This document shows, one piece after another, positions 12,486 to 25,899 of a DNA stretch of 64,000 bases. The notes under the pieces are model-generated. The model was given only the letters and a program-made list of their open reading frames with translations, ran no database searches and was not told the origin of the DNA. Origin of the DNA: Hemiscyllium ocellatum (lineage: Eukaryota); contig NC_083416.1 in the NCBI RefSeq assembly GCF_020745735.1, forward strand, positions 3,386,400 through 3,450,399. Reading direction: 5' to 3'. Position 1 is the first letter of the stretch. Each line of letters begins with the position of its first letter. A program made the position numbers and the translations under genes.

Positions 12486-12800
12486 CATTTATTTTCCTCA
12501 AGCTGTGCCTCACAGGAGTTGACAACAAAACATGTTGAATTTGACAAGTGAACAAAGATCCAGCTTCCCACTCATCGACAGCAACTGTTAACTCGCTTCT
12601 GGAACTGTAACTCCCATTTGTATTTAAAGCTGGTGGAAGTGTTTTCGAACTAAAAGTTGTGTTACGGTTATTAACTAGCCAGCTAAACACAATGCCTTTG
12701 GGATAAAATCCAACCGCCAGACACACAATTGTTGCATCTTTCTTCATACCAATCTCTTCAGAAGTTGGAGGAAGCACATAGACAGATGGTGGGATCAAAT
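12486..12800 (-). CDS. Gene A second C1-set Ig domain exon
   Basis: PPSVYVLPP...CLAVGFYPKGIVFSW...NGSYSSRSELTV..DEWEAG..FTCQIQH. Acceptor ctactcgtttAG, donor GTAAGG, 315 nt, phase 1-1. Confidence 0.92.
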
Positions 12801-13784
12801 CTAAACGAGTAGAAGTGGTTATTGGTCAGAACAGTACTCTTCCAAAGTCAATTCAGAAGCAACAGAGTAATTTGCATTTAGATATCAAAACTTCAGGACA
12901 TCCCAAAACACGTTAGAACCGCTGAATGCAGTTGCTGTAACTGTGCAAAAAAATGTGGGATTTAAGTTGCGCTCAGTAAAATCCCACAACTGGCAATGAA
13001 ATGAATGTCAATTGGAATATTAAGAAAATAAAACTTATTTGTTTTAATCTTATTTATATATCAAAACAATATTTTCTCCAAGGTAGCGTGGTGTAATAAT
13101 GGTTCCAGGCCAAGGAAGGCCCAGGGTCCATCTAACACGCTAGTTGACAGAGTTCCTATAATTAATTTTGAATAACATTGAATCCCATAAATTGACAAGA
13201 ATTTTCCCAGTTCTCACCTAAACATGTGAAGATTTCTTGTTCAAGCATGCATGTCAAAAATCTATTCCACATTCTTCCACCCTGATGGAAGAAGACATGG
13301 CCTTTTGTATGCAGCCTCTAACTGATGCTTTGATTCTGTATGTGACTGCAATGCTTACTCTGATCATAACCTTTCATAATTTCATTCGTAACAAGGAGTG
13401 AAGTTTCACAGCTGTTGAGTGTGGTATGTGTGTGAAATGAACTGCCAGAGGAAGTGGTGGAGGCTGGTACAATTACAGCATTTAAAAGGCATCTGGATAG
13501 GTACATGAATAGGAAGGGTTTAGAGGGATATGGGCCAAATACTGGCAAATGGGGCGAGATTAATTTAGGATATCTGGTCAGCATGGATGAGTTGAACCAA
13601 AAGGTCTGTTTCTGTGCTGCGTAACTCTATGACTCTAGGGTATTATGAATGGGATCAAAATATAGTTATGGTGCAAATAGATCATGAGAGTTAATAAACT
13701 CATTTTTGAGCTGTCACAGGGGAAGTAATTCCCTTTAGTTGTATTTTCTACTTTTTAAAGTGTGCCACATAAAAGTAACACTGT

Positions 13785-14095
13785 GGGTGGCTCAGTGGCT
13801 AGCACTGCTGCCTCATAGCACCAGGATCCCAAGTTCGATCCTGCCCCGGGTGACTGTCTGTGTAGAGTTTGCACATTCTCCCTGTGTCTGCGTGGGTTTC
13901 CTCCAGGTGCTCAGGTTTGGTCTCGCAATCCAAAGATGTGCAGGTCAGGTGAATTGGCTGTGCTAAATTGTCCATAATGATAGGTGCATTAGGCAGGGGT
14001 AAGCGTAGGTGAATGGGTCTGGATGAGTTGCTCTTCAGAGGGTCGGTGTGGACTTGTTGGGCCAAAGGGTCTGTGTCCACACTGTACGGAGTCTA
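13785..14095 (+). mobile_element. HE1/V-SINE-type SINE
   Basis: GGGTGGCTCAGTGGCTAGCACTGCTGCCTCATAGCACCAGG head with the conserved core. Confidence 0.85.
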
Positions 14096-15099
14096 ATAAA
14101 AAAAAACTGTCCTTACAGGATCAAATTCTTCTGATGTCAGAAATGGGTACACAAACAGTGATGCTGCACAGGTTAGGATGAAGGTTTCAAGCTCAAAGCA
14201 AAGATCTAGTGGTCGTCTTAAAATAGTAACAGAGTTTGGGAGAGTAGTCACACAGGAACTGTCTCCACTTGTTTGGACAAACTAAACTATAGCCACAACT
14301 ATAAGACAGTCCTGCATAAATCCACAAGGAAACTTATGATATGAAACCTCTTTATCCATACCATGATGAGGTTATGAAACTCCTTGCCACAAGGTATAGC
14401 TGATGTGAGGTGAGACACCAGCCGATGAGAGAGCATGGAGTAGAAGGTTATCTTGACAGACAAGGAGGTTCGAGTGGAACATTAATAGTGATGTGGACTA
14501 GTTGGATTGAATGGGCCATTTCTGTGCTCTGTATTCTATGTAGTTCTACACATGAAAAATCAATGGTTGCACAGTCCACTTGCACAGCATTGTTGGTTCA
14601 AAGCTGCCAGGAATATCAGCACATTTCAGGTTGAGTTGTCGAACCAGTGAACAACTGGAGGAATCGAAACGTAGGAGAGTTATACGCCAAACCTGCTCCC
14701 ATGTCGAAATTGTGAAATTCTACCAATGGCACAGCTTTAAGCAGGATCTTCAAATTTGCCACATTGCTGAGACACATAAGTGCAAGTGGGCTTGTTTTAA
14801 AAGTATGTAAAACATTTACAAAAAAGCTCAGGACTATATGTCAATCAAATAATTGAGTTGCATCCGGGTAATTTTAATGGTATTTTCAATTGGAAGAAAG
14901 AACACAAGCTACTAAAAATTCTTAATTTTCCTCATAAACCCACTTTCAGCAAAATTTCACAAAGTTAGCTCTTGTAAACGTAGACATTTTGATAAAAGGA
15001 AATAAAAATATCATTGTGATTTTACAAAATGATTTCAAAGGAGACGGAACGCAGCCTAACCAGTGTAATCCCAAATCCCTGTTGAACTCAATTTCCCAA

Positions 15100-15424
15100 C
15101 TGTGCCCAAAGCAGGGACAACACATCTATCCTGGGACAGGCTAGTAAAGGCATGCCAGAGAATTCCTGGAGGCCTGGCACTCCAACCACAACGCCATAAA
15201 CAAACACACAGATCGAGATGCCATCTATCAACCCCTCAGAAAACGAACAGGAAATGACATCACCACAAACCCACAGGAACCCCATCCAGGACAAACATAT
15301 AAATAGAAAGCAGGAGACAACAGCTTCGCTTCACTTGGAGGTCGCCACTGATGATGTTACCGAGCCAGGTAATGAAACGTCTGGATATCAAACCTACAGC
15401 TCAGCGAGCAACACCTACACCCTA
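15100..15424 (+). mobile_element. Penelope-like 3' fragment (second family; similar to 63420-63722)
   Basis: REFLEAWHSNHNAINKH.D.DAIYQPLR-type coding remnant nearly identical to the 63428 ORF. Confidence 0.7.
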
Positions 15425-16282
15425 AAGCAGGGAGTCCCAGGAGTCTGATTCTCTAGATATTCGGACCCATACATGAAGGAACTTGACCCTGGGATAATTC
15501 CCCTTTTCTGTTTTACCTCTAGCAAAGCTAAAGGAATTATTGAAGATACGTTTGGACACAAGATCAGGGACCGCAAACATATCTATCAAAGGTAGAGCTA
15601 GGTGCAACAGCTACAGGAGGGCAAGATGGGAAACCAGGGTGGTCCTGAGAGCAGATGTAGAAGAGAATGAGTTTTTGGGAGACTTAGTGTGTAGCACAAG
15701 CGGGAGAAAATTATTTGTGAGTAGCTGGTGAGCTTTTTTTAAGGCTTAAGGTTGATTTTGTGAACTGAATTGCTAGTCTAATAAACAGGAACATAGCCAG
15801 GACTTCTAACATCCTGTCTAGATTAGATTAGATCAGGAATTCTATTTCTCATGTTCTGGATGTAGCCACGATGTGGAGGTGCCAATGTTGGATGGGGATG
15901 GACAAAGTCTGAAGTCACAGGACACCAGGTTATAGTCAAACAGAAACAAAAACATAACTTTCTGGAAAAGCTCAGTAGATCTGGCAGCACCTGTGGAGCG
16001 AAATTGGAGTTAATGTTTCGGGTCTGGTGACTCTTCCAACAGATTTATTTGAAACCACAAGCTTTCAGAGCGCTGGCCCTTCATCAGGTGAAGTCATAAA
16101 GCAGCAGCGCTCCTTGTGGTTTCATATAAACCTGTTGGACTGTAACGTGGGGTCTTGTGACTTCTCACCATGTTCTGGATGGATTGACAGCTGTGGAGGA
16201 GCTTGAATAACGTTGAACCTATGTGCCTACCTCCTGGAGGTAGTACAATGACAGCCTGAGGGAATGCAGGAATCTTCAGCAG

Positions 16283-17360
16283 ATGGGCCAATGGGCTGAG
16301 GAGTGGCAGATGGAGTTTAATTTAGATAAATGTAAGGTGCTGCGTTTTGGAAAAGCAAATCAGGGCAGGACTTATACACTTAATGGTAAGGTCCTACGGA
16401 GGGTTGCTGAACAAAGAGACCTTGGGATGCAGGTTCATAGCTCCTTGAAAGTAGAGTCACAGTAGGTAGGTTAGTGAAGAAGGTGTTTGGTATGCTTTCC
16501 TTTATTGGTCAGTGTATTGAGTCTAGGAGTTGGGAGGTCATGTTGTGACTGTACAGGGTTTTTATTAGGTCATTATTGGAGTCCTGTATGCAATTCTAGT
16601 CTCCCTCCTACAGGAAGGATATTGTGAAATTTGAAAGGGTTCAGAAAAACTTTGCAAGATCATGGCCAGTATTAGAGGATTTGAGCTATAGGGAGAGGCT
16701 GAATAGGTTGGGGCTGTTTTTCTGGAGTGTCAGAGGCTGAGGGGTGTCTTACAGAGGTTTGTAAAATCATGAGGGTCATGGATAGGATAAATAGACAAAG
16801 TCTTTTCGCTGGGGTGGGGGGATCCAGAACTATCGGGCATAGGTTTAGGGTGAGGGGGTAAAGATATAAAAGAGACCTAAGATTAGATTACATTACTTAC
16901 AGTGTGGAAACAGGCCCTTCGGGTCCACACCAACCCATTCCCCTACAGTTAACACTATGGGCAATTAGCATGGCCAATACACCTAACCTGCACATTTTTT
17001 TGGACTGTGGAAGGACCTGGGGAGAATGTGCAAACTCCACACAGTTGCCGGTGGCAGGAATTGAACCTGGGGCTGTAGCACTATGAGGCAGCAGTGCTAA
17101 CCACTGTGCCACCTACTAAGGGGCAACCTTTTCACACAGAGGGTGGTACGTGTATGGAATGAGCTGCCAGAGGAAGTGGTGGAGGCTGGTACAATTGCAA
17201 CATTTAAAAGGCATCTGGGTGGGTATATGAACAGGAAGGGTTTGGAGGAATATGGGCCAAATGCTGGCAAGTGTGACTAGATTAATTTAGAATATCTTGT
17301 CAACATAGATGTGTTGGACTGAAGGGTCTGTTTCAGTGTTGTACAACTCTGTGACTGTAT
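16283..17360 (+). mobile_element. CR1-type LINE 3' fragment interrupted by a minus-strand SINE (~16881-17112)
   Basis: WAEEWQMEFNLDKCKVLRFG...QRDLG.QVHSSLKV and LINE tail. The LINE sequence resumes after the SINE. Confidence 0.85.
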
Positions 17361-17509
17361 GACACAGGTCACCAGGCAGGCACAGAATGCTTCCATGAGG
17401 GGGGAGTCTCCCTGACTGACTAGAACTCAGTTCCAAATACTTACTTCAAAAGTAGTTACAAGAAATTAATATATAAGATATTGTGAATGAGGCTGTTAAT
17501 TTAACTCAC

Positions 17510-17827
17510 CATCTTTACTGATTACTTTTCTGATGGGGTAAGACAGTGTTTTATGTGAAACCAGGCAGGTGAAGTGAAGACCATGAAGCCAGTGGTGTGT
17601 TGGCACTGTCAGCTCACTGATCATGGTGTAGCTGTCTTCTGATTCCGTCAGTATCCCAGAGTTTGAAACCCCTGAGGAGAGCTGGGTGCTGCCGACGTAC
17701 CAAGACACCGAGACTGTGTCTGGATAGAAATCACTTACCACACAGACCAGTGTGCAGTCTGCCTGCAGAGAGACCTCCTCAGGTGATGGGTGAAGGAGCT
17801 CAACAGAAGGTGGTCTGGATGTGATAG
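17510..17827 (-). CDS. Gene A first C1-set Ig domain exon
   Basis: PPSVELLHPS...CTLVCVVSDFYPDTVSVSW...DSYTMISELTV...FTCLVSH. Acceptor ttactttcccaacccAG, donor GTGAGT, 318 nt, phase 1-1. Confidence 0.92.
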
Positions 17828-18567
17828 CTGGGTTGGGAAAGTAAGGAACAGTTCGTTCAATTTCCTTCGAGTGAATCTGTCGGGATTTAGCCAATTCTAC
17901 ACTGTGTTTTACCGTCACACTTTCTAACCTCACTTTAGCACCTCCTCAACATGAAGTTCATGTTTGTACTTTCTGAATCACTTTCTAAGCTTTTTTTAAA
18001 ATTACTTGTCATCAATTTATTCAGAGGTGTTATTGCACAAGTTGGATGAAGGAAGCTGGCCTCCTGGGCTAGAGGTGAAGACGTTGCCACTTCACCTCCC
18101 CAGCTCTTCAGCTTTCGCTTGTATGTTGCAGATGGGGTTGATGGTCTCTGACCCACTGGTGATTCCTGGCTCAGTTTGCCCACTAGCTAACATTACACAA
18201 GCATGCTCCACATTCTGCAGCTAATACCACATCCTCAGTGCTCAGTAAAGTCACACCCAGGTGCCTGGGTTAGAAGGCCAATGCTGCACCCACCGCGGAA
18301 TGAGAGGGACAGGAAGCAGCAAATACTGCACTCTGGAAATGAGCAACTCTGAGTCCCCACTGCCAAGCCAGCTCCCTGACTGATGGCTATTCCAGACGGA
18401 AGGGTCAAGAAAACTGTTTGTTGGAGCCAATCAATTTCAGCCTCCCCCATCCCCCCTGCAATGAGGCTCATTCTGGACTGCTTGGAGGAGAGTGCCTGTT
18501 GCATTTCCACCTCCTCTAGCCTGGGAGAGAGAGGTTTCTGATCTCTCCTGGACATCATAATCACAGA

Positions 18568-18882
18568 AACCCCACAGTGTGGAATCAGAACATTCAGGCC
18601 AACGAGTCCCATACTAACTCTCCAAAGAGCATCTCACCCAATCCCTGTAATTCTGCATTTCCTGTGGCTAACCCGGACACTTATGGGGCAATTTAGCATG
18701 GCCAATCCACTCTAACCTGCACATCTTTGGACTGTGGGAAGAAACCAGAGCACCCAGAGGAAACCTACGCAGACACAGGGAGAATGTACAAACTCCACAC
18801 AGACAGTTGCCCGAGACTGGAATTGAACCTGGGTCCCTGGTGCTGTGAGGCAGTAGTGCTAACCACTGAGCCACCGTGCCAT
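18568..18882 (-). mobile_element. HE1/V-SINE-type SINE in the V-C1 intron of gene A
   Basis: Reverse complement of the SINE head at ~18880 and the core. Confidence 0.85.
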
Positions 18883-18973
18883 CCCAACTTGTGCATTAAC
18901 TCTGCTTTCTCTGTGCACAGAGCTTTTCCAGTAATCTGTGTTTGTGTTGCTGAGTTCTGAGGTTGACACTGAC

Positions 18974-19339
18974 CTGGCTTCACATTGAGGATCACTGCAC
19001 AGCCACACCATTCATTTGTCTTGAGCACAGTGTCCATACTCTGACAGTAAAAGCTCCTGGAATCCTCCTTTTTGACCCTCTCGATGGTTAAAGTGAGGTC
19101 ACTGTCATTGGTGGCAGAGAACCGGGGCTCGAAGCCGGGATGCTGGACGATGTTGGTCGATCCCGGGCTCATGGACAAGATCCATTTGATGTTGGTGGTG
19201 TTCACTGGTACGTAACCCCAGATTAGCACGTGGTCATCCTGCTGCCTGCTGCTGAGACACCCCAGGCTGACTGTTTCACCCTCGCGGACATCGCGTACCG
19301 CCTGCAGAATGATCAAGTTGGCGTTGGAGAGCACTGCAT
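18974..19339 (-). CDS. Gene A V-set domain exon with germline-joined J-like strand (VJ)
   Basis: EGETVSLGC...WGYV...PRFS...LTLTIERVKKEDSRSFYC...WCGCAVILNVKP. Acceptor ctctctccctcccttgttcAG, donor GTCAGT, 366 nt, phase 1-1. Confidence 0.92.
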
Positions 19340-19849
19340 CTGAACAAGGGAGGGAGAGAGAGAAAAACAGCAAGTCAGGGCAGCTTGAAATAAGTTACAA
19401 ATGTTATGTTGGAGAGACACAGCCACTCAGGCAGCATCGAGGAAGAGGGGAATCAACATTTTGAGCATAAGCTCTTCATCAGAAATGCAAAGGGGTGAGG
19501 GTAGAGACAGAATAGACAGAGAATTTGGAAAGCTGGTGAGCTTTTTCAGCAATCTCTGTTTATGTTTCTGATTTCCAGTGTCCACAGTTATTTTGGTTTT
19601 GTTTTGAGAGAGAGCTTAGCTCCTTACCTATCTGCCAGGCCACCAGCAACAAACTCCAACAGCGCCTCTGCATTCTCAACTCCCTTCACCCCGGCTCTGA
19701 TCAGTTGGGAAGCTCAAATGACTGTGTCACTGAGAGAAGTGGACAGTCAGCTCCTTCCTCATTTGTCCAAGTGCAGCAGAGAAGGGCAGGGCATGAAGGA
19801 AACTGCTCTAGAATTAACTTTTCAATTCATCTCAAACACAACCACCAAC

Positions 19850-19886
19850 CTCGTACGGAAAGCAAAAAGAAAACACTGGAAATCAC
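19850..19886 (-). CDS. Gene A candidate leader exon (GTG-initiated: VISSVFFLLSVR)
   Basis: 37 nt, same length as the gene B leader exon, similar FFL.xxR pattern, phase-1 donor G|GTTGGT. No in-frame ATG before an upstream stop. Confidence 0.4.
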
Positions 19887-20185
19887 GACAGGCCAGGCAG
19901 TTTGCTCTCTCTCTCTGTCTCTCTCTCTCTTTCCCTCTCTGGACGCTGACTGACACACTGTTATCTCCAGTATTTGCTGTTCTCAGTACAGACTCCATCA
20001 TTTGCCGTAATTAGTCCCAAGTTGCATGACTCCTTGTCCTTGGAGGTGACCCAACCTCCACTCCACTCAGAGATGTCAGAGCAAGGGCCTGACCTGCAGA
20101 GAGAGGGCTGCACTCTCACTAAGTTCAGGAAAGTTCAGATGAGTTTGGCCACACAAAACAAAAGATCCTGAGGGTCCAGCTCCTT

Positions 20186-20650
20186 CCCCCTTTAACACCC
20201 GACCCTGTGCCCCCTTTAACACCCGACCCTGTTCCCCCTTTAACTGCCCACCCTGTTCCCACATGAACACCTCACCCTGTTCCCACATTAATATCGCCCC
20301 CTGTTCCCACATTAACTCCCAACCTGTTCCCCCCTTAACTCCCCACCCTGTTCCCCCCTTAACACATCACCCCGTTCCCACATTATCACCCCATCCTGTT
20401 CCCACATTAATATCCCACCCTGGTCCACATTAACACCGCACCCTGTTCCCACATTAACACCCCACCCTTTTCCCACATTAACACCCCACCCTTTTCCCAC
20501 ATTAACACCCCACCCTGTTCCCACTGAAACAACCCAGCCTGTTCCCACTTTAATACCCTGCCCTGTTCCCACATTAATACCCCACTCTGTTCCCACATTA
20601 ATACCCCACTCTGTTCCCACATTAATATCCCACCCTGTTCCCACTTTAGC
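20186..20650. repeat. ~24-bp minisatellite (consensus CCCACATTAATATCCCACCCTGTT), about 19 degenerate copies
   Basis: Tandem periodicity visible directly. It produces the spurious repetitive ORFs at 20076-20673. Confidence 0.9.
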
Positions 20651-21345
20651 CCTCCACCCTGCTCCCTGGCCAATATCTCTGTCTCAGTCTTGCTGCAGTG
20701 CTCCAGTGAAGCTCAACACAAGCTGGAAGAACAGCACCTCATCTTCTGCTTGAGGACCCTGCCGCTCTCCAGACTCAGTATCACGTTCAATAATTTTAGG
20801 GCTTCAACTCTCCCATGTCCTTGTCTCAACCCCTACACCCCAAGCCTTGTTTTCACACAGTCTGCCATAATGCACAACCCATTGTTAGTCACTAACAGTT
20901 ACTCACACCTTTGTCTGTCCAATTGTTCTTCTCTCTCTTTGGGCTCTATCCCACCTGCTGTTTTCTCCTGACCCTCTACTCCCACCTACGTTCTGCATAT
21001 AAACCAATATTCCTAGCTGCCATCAGTTCTGAGGAAGGATCGCCTGTTTTGAAATGTAAGCTCCGATTTCTCTCTGCAGATGTAACCAGACCTGTCCAGT
21101 TTTTCCAGCAATTTTGGGTGTAAGCTCTGAGACAGCGGCTTCACAGAAACGCAGGGCAATGGTTATTGAGTTACTGTGGCAGTGGGGAGCTGGTGCTGTT
21201 TCTGAGGATGTGTGTGCAAGTTAATCCTGTAGCTGTAGTGGGAAAAGAAGCTTAGAGATCAGGAATGGGAGAGGAATATGTCTGAGACCTTATTGTGGGT
21301 AAGATGGGATGGTGTGCTGATGGTAATCTTGGCACAGGAGTGTCT

Positions 21346-21660
21346 TGATTAGATTAGATTCCCTACAGTGTGGAAACAGGCCCTTCGGCCCACCAAGTCC
21401 ACACCGACCCTCTGAAGAGTAACCCACCCAAACCCCTTTCCCTCTGACTAATGCACCTAACACTATGGACAATTTAGCATGGTCAATTCACCTGACCTGC
21501 ACATCTTTGGACGGTGGGAGGAAATCGGAGCACCCAGAGGAACCCAGACACGGGGAGAATGTGCAACCTCCACACAGACAGTCACCCGAGGCTGGAATCG
21601 AACCTGGGACCCTGGTGCTGTGAGGCAGCAGTGCTAACCACTGAGCCACTATGCCGCCCC
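21346..21660 (-). mobile_element. HE1/V-SINE-type SINE
   Basis: AGATTAGATTAGATT tail and reverse-complement head ending at ~21660. Confidence 0.85.
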
Positions 21661-21895
21661 AACTTAGTGTTGGAGAAAGGAAAGAAATTAAACTGAAATG
21701 ATTCAAACAAGAAGGAACTGGAAAAAATAATGACATTTCAGATATTCAGGAACAGGAGTGACATTGGCAGTGGAAGGAGAGGAAGGCAGTGATGATGGAG
21801 GAAACTGGGATTTGAGTTTACATCATAGCCACCAGCTCTGATCCTGACATTGCCTGGAATTAACGGATTGAGTGAAATCAGGATATGAACCTCAT

Positions 21896-23120
21896 TTATT
21901 CCCACTCCTTCACTTCTCTAGCTTCCCACAAAATTCTAGGGTACACCTGATCAGGTCCTGGGGATATATCCACCTTTACCTGTTTCAAGACATCCAGCAC
22001 TTCCTCCTCTGTAATGTGGACATTTTGCAAGATGTTACCATCTATTTCCCTACAGACTATATCTTCCATATCCTTTTCCACAGTAAATACTGATGCAAAA
22101 TACTCATTTAGTATCTCCCCCATTTTCTGTGGCTCCACACAAAGGCCGCCTTGCTGATCTTTGAGGGGCCCTATTCTCTCCCTAGTTACCCTTTTGTCCT
22201 TAATGTGTTTGTAAAAACCCTTTGGATTCTCCTTAATTCTATTTGCCAAAGCTATCTCATGTCCCCGTTTTGCCCTCCTGATTTCCCTCTTAAGTATACT
22301 CCTACGTCCTTTATACTCTTCTAAGGATTCACTCGATCTATCCTGTCTATACCTTACATATGCTTTCTTCTTTTTCTTAAACAAACCCTCAATTTCTTTA
22401 GTCATCTAACATTCCCTATACCTACTAGCCTTCCCTTTCACCCTGACAGGAATATACTTTCTCTGGATTCTTGTTATCTCATTTCTGAAGGCTTCCCATT
22501 TTCCAGCCGTCCCTTTACCTGCGAACATCTGCCTCCAATCAGCTTTCGAAAGTTCTTGCCTAATACCGTCAAAATTGGCCTTTCTCCAATTTAGAACTTC
22601 AACTTTTAGATCTGGTCTATCCTTTTCCATCACTATTTTTAATCTAATAGAATTATGGTCGCTGGCCCCAAAGTGCTCCCCCACTGACACCTCAGTCACC
22701 TGCCCTGCCTTATTTCCCAAGAGTAGGTCAAGTTCTGCACTATCTCTATAGGTACATCCACATACTGAATCAGAAAATTGTCTTTTACACACTAAAGAAA
22801 TTCCTCTCCATCTAAACCTTTAACACTATGGCAGTCCCAGTCTATGTTTGGAAAGTTAAATTCCCCACCATAACCACCCTATTATTCTTACAGATAGCTG
22901 AGATCTCCTTACATGTTTGTTTCTCAATTTGCCTCTGACTATTAGGGGGTCTATAATACAATCCCAATAAGGTGATCATCCCTTTCTTATTTCTCAATTC
23001 CACCCAAATAACTTCCCTGGATATATTTCTGGCAATTCCTCCCTCAGCACAGCTGTAGTGCTATCCCTTATCAAAAATGTCACTCCCCCTCCTCTCTTGC
23101 CTCCCTTTCTATCCTTCCCG
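21896..23120 (-). mobile_element. CR1-type LINE fragment (endonuclease/linker region)
   Basis: LDLLLGN..GQV..V.VGEHFG.SDHNSI, KRGHE..LA.RIKENPKGFYK and PGPDQVYPRILWEARE. Confidence 0.85.
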
Positions 23121-24889
23121 TAAACTTTGTAAATTTATTTCTGACATGTTTCTAATAAATGAGTCCATACATTTTCTAAAAGCATTGAAATAACGATGGA
23201 CTATATAAAACAGAAAACAGCATTGCAAACCATTTCCAGAATCTAACTCATATAATCTATAGGCAGCTTAGTGCTGCATGGTACAGTTCTGGTAATTTAT
23301 CACTTGTGGTTAGTGAGATGTTTTGTTCGTTCAGATAAACGTTACTGAATTTAAAAAGGGCTATTTTTGACGCAATATCCAATGGGTTCCGAGAGATTGT
23401 TCTATAACATTGATGACTCCACGTGTGGAAGTTCTCAGACTAAAGTCCCAGGGTCAAATCTTCCTGAACGATGCAGGCAATTCTCCCATGTACCCTACAT
23501 AAACTACCCAGCAGCAGTTACTGAGCAGGAGATCTGAGCTGTTAGCTGCAGTTTGCTCCTGGGCTGCTCTGGGCTTTCAGACTCCAGCAACGGGGACTGG
23601 TTTTGGACATGTAGCAGCCTTACTGCAGAGTCATGGCACATCTCTGACCCACCCAACCCTCACCTCCCTCCCCATTACTGTACAGCTCTGCACTTTAATG
23701 CTGCTCTTTGGAACACAATGCTACCTTTCATTGGAATCTCACCACCAGGCCACTGGGTAGGGGAGAGGAGGATGGTGGAACCTCACCAATTAGATCAGGG
23801 AGCATCTTAGCTCTCATCCTCTGCTCTGTTGGGGCTCCATCACCTTGGGCCCTCTATGGTGATCACGGTGTCTCTGCCTTGCCTTGCCAACACACACAGT
23901 CTCCCCTCAGTCAGAGCTTGAAGGCTAATGCCTGGCCTTACTGAATAGGCACAGAAGTGGGCAGCTCAGGGACTGGCCACATTGCTGTTCCATCACCCTC
24001 ACACCTACACCATGTCAGCACCATAGGCCTCACCCAGACAGTATAGCAGTGCTCCTCCTTTAGCCTCCAGTCACAGCCCAGTCTCTGAAATCAGACCAGG
24101 GGCTGGGGTATGGTCAAACTCCCACCAGCGTGGTCAGTGTTAGAAGGTCCATTACCACTCCACTCTGGGAAGTAGGGCATGGTCAGTCCAGAAAGGCCAG
24201 CGCAACCAGGTTAGGGATCAACAGAGATCAGTCAGGGATCACCATGGAGATCAACACAGAGATTAGTCAGGGTGTTTCATGAAGATCAGTCAGGGATCTT
24301 CACAAAGATCAGTCATCAATTGCTGTCCATTTAAGTTGTTTCGAGTGGAGAGTGGGTCAGCTCAGTTCTGGGGATTGAAGAGGCCATGCAGGGATGTGGG
24401 GTGGGGCGGGGGGGGAGGGGGGGGGGGGAGCAGGCAGTGTGAGCAGGTGATGGCAGCTGTGGAGCTGAGAGAGCAGCAGTGGTCTTCAGAGGAAGGAAGA
24501 GGGAAGAGGGAGGAGGGAGGAGGGAGGAAGGAGGAGGACATTGAGCAGGAGGATCAGCACCATCAGTAGGACAGAGTGATGCAGCAGTGTGGACGAGAAA
24601 CCAGCCAGGACAGCACGGACCCCTCGGTGCCAGTCGGTGTGAGCTGGGTACTGTCATCACTCACTGACTGTAAATCGTTATCTCTCGAAACGCAGGCGGT
24701 CCGTGTCTGTGCTGGAGACTGTGAATGTTTGTTTTTCTCTCCTTTTGCTGTTGCTGAACATTTTTAACTATTTGAAGGATTTCTATTGAACAGTGAGAAG
24801 ATGTGAGACTAATGTTTGGGAAAGAGTACATTGGGTTGGCAGCTGATGTGATGTCAAAGACGGGGAGCCTGTGTAATGATGCATTTATG

Positions 24890-25500
24890 TGAACTGATAT
24901 ATTGATGTGTATTGATGAGTATGATGCATTGATAAGAATTGATGAGTATCGTTGAGTGTGATGTATTGATGCATTAATGAGTATTGATGAGTAGTAGGGG
25001 CATGGAATGCCCTGCCTGCAACAGTAGTAGACTCGCCAACTTTAAGGGCATTTAAATGGTCATTGGATAAACATACGGATGAAAATGGAATAGGGTATGT
25101 TAGGTGGGCTTCAGTTTGGTTCCACAAGTTAGCGCAACATCGAGGGCCCAAGGGTCTGTACTGAACTGTAATGTTCTATGTTCTATTGATGTGTTTTTAT
25201 TGATGAGTATTGAAAAGTATTGATGTGTTTTGATGTATTGATGAGTATTGATGCATTAATAAATATTGATGAGTATTGATATGCATTGATGTATTGATGC
25301 ATTAATGAGTATTGATTAGTATTGACGAGTATTGATGTATTTTGATGTATTGATGAGTATTGATGCATTAATGAGTATTGATGAGTATTGATGTTTTGAT
25401 GCATAATGATGTATTGATGGGGATTGATGAGTACAGTATTGATGTATTGATGGGGATTGATGAGTACAGTATTGATGTATTGATGGGTGCGATGCATTGA
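24890..25500. repeat. Degenerate (TATTGATG/AG)-type minisatellite, split by a LINE 3' fragment (~24990-25185)
   Basis: Repeated GTATTGATGAGTATTGATGCATTAATGA units. Confidence 0.85.
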
Positions 25501-25899
25501 TGGGTATGAACTTGTCTTTGCAATGAAGTGCCACCTGGGTGCAGCCAGAGGGTTGACCTCCCGGTGTGTGCCATGTGAGTAGTAGCTGTTGGTTGGCAGG
25601 GTATGGCTGAGTTGGAAAACTGGAGCCAGTCCAGGCAATTCCAGTAGGTGTTGGCAGTGCCCAATACTTGCACCATTGCTGAGCGCCAGGTGGCACAGGA
25701 GGGGGCCGGAGGATTGGTGCAAACACAATGAATGAAGTAGAGAGAGAGGGAACTCCCCAGGACTGGGGCGGGGAGGGGGGGAATACTCATGACATTGAGG
25801 CTCGGTCAGTTTCTGGTTCCTAGTTTAGTTTTCAGTTGTTTCCTGAGTATTATAAAGAACAGAAAGTTCTGGCGAAACTCAACAGGTCTGGCAGGACTA

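Larger units (their letters stand above)
7172..19886 (-). other. Gene A: IgSF membrane receptor, leader?-VJ-C1-C1-C1-TM-short tail? (whole-gene model)
   Basis: Five open exons (V, three C1, TM) joined by GT-AG phase-1 introns without stops. Both terminal exons are tentative. Confidence 0.8.

Noticed and set aside
20076-20673. Repetitive ORFs (WEQGG / GWGVNVG), and likewise the ORFs at 25183-25790
   Set aside because: Minisatellite translations. The arrays have no unique spacers, so they are also not CRISPR-like.
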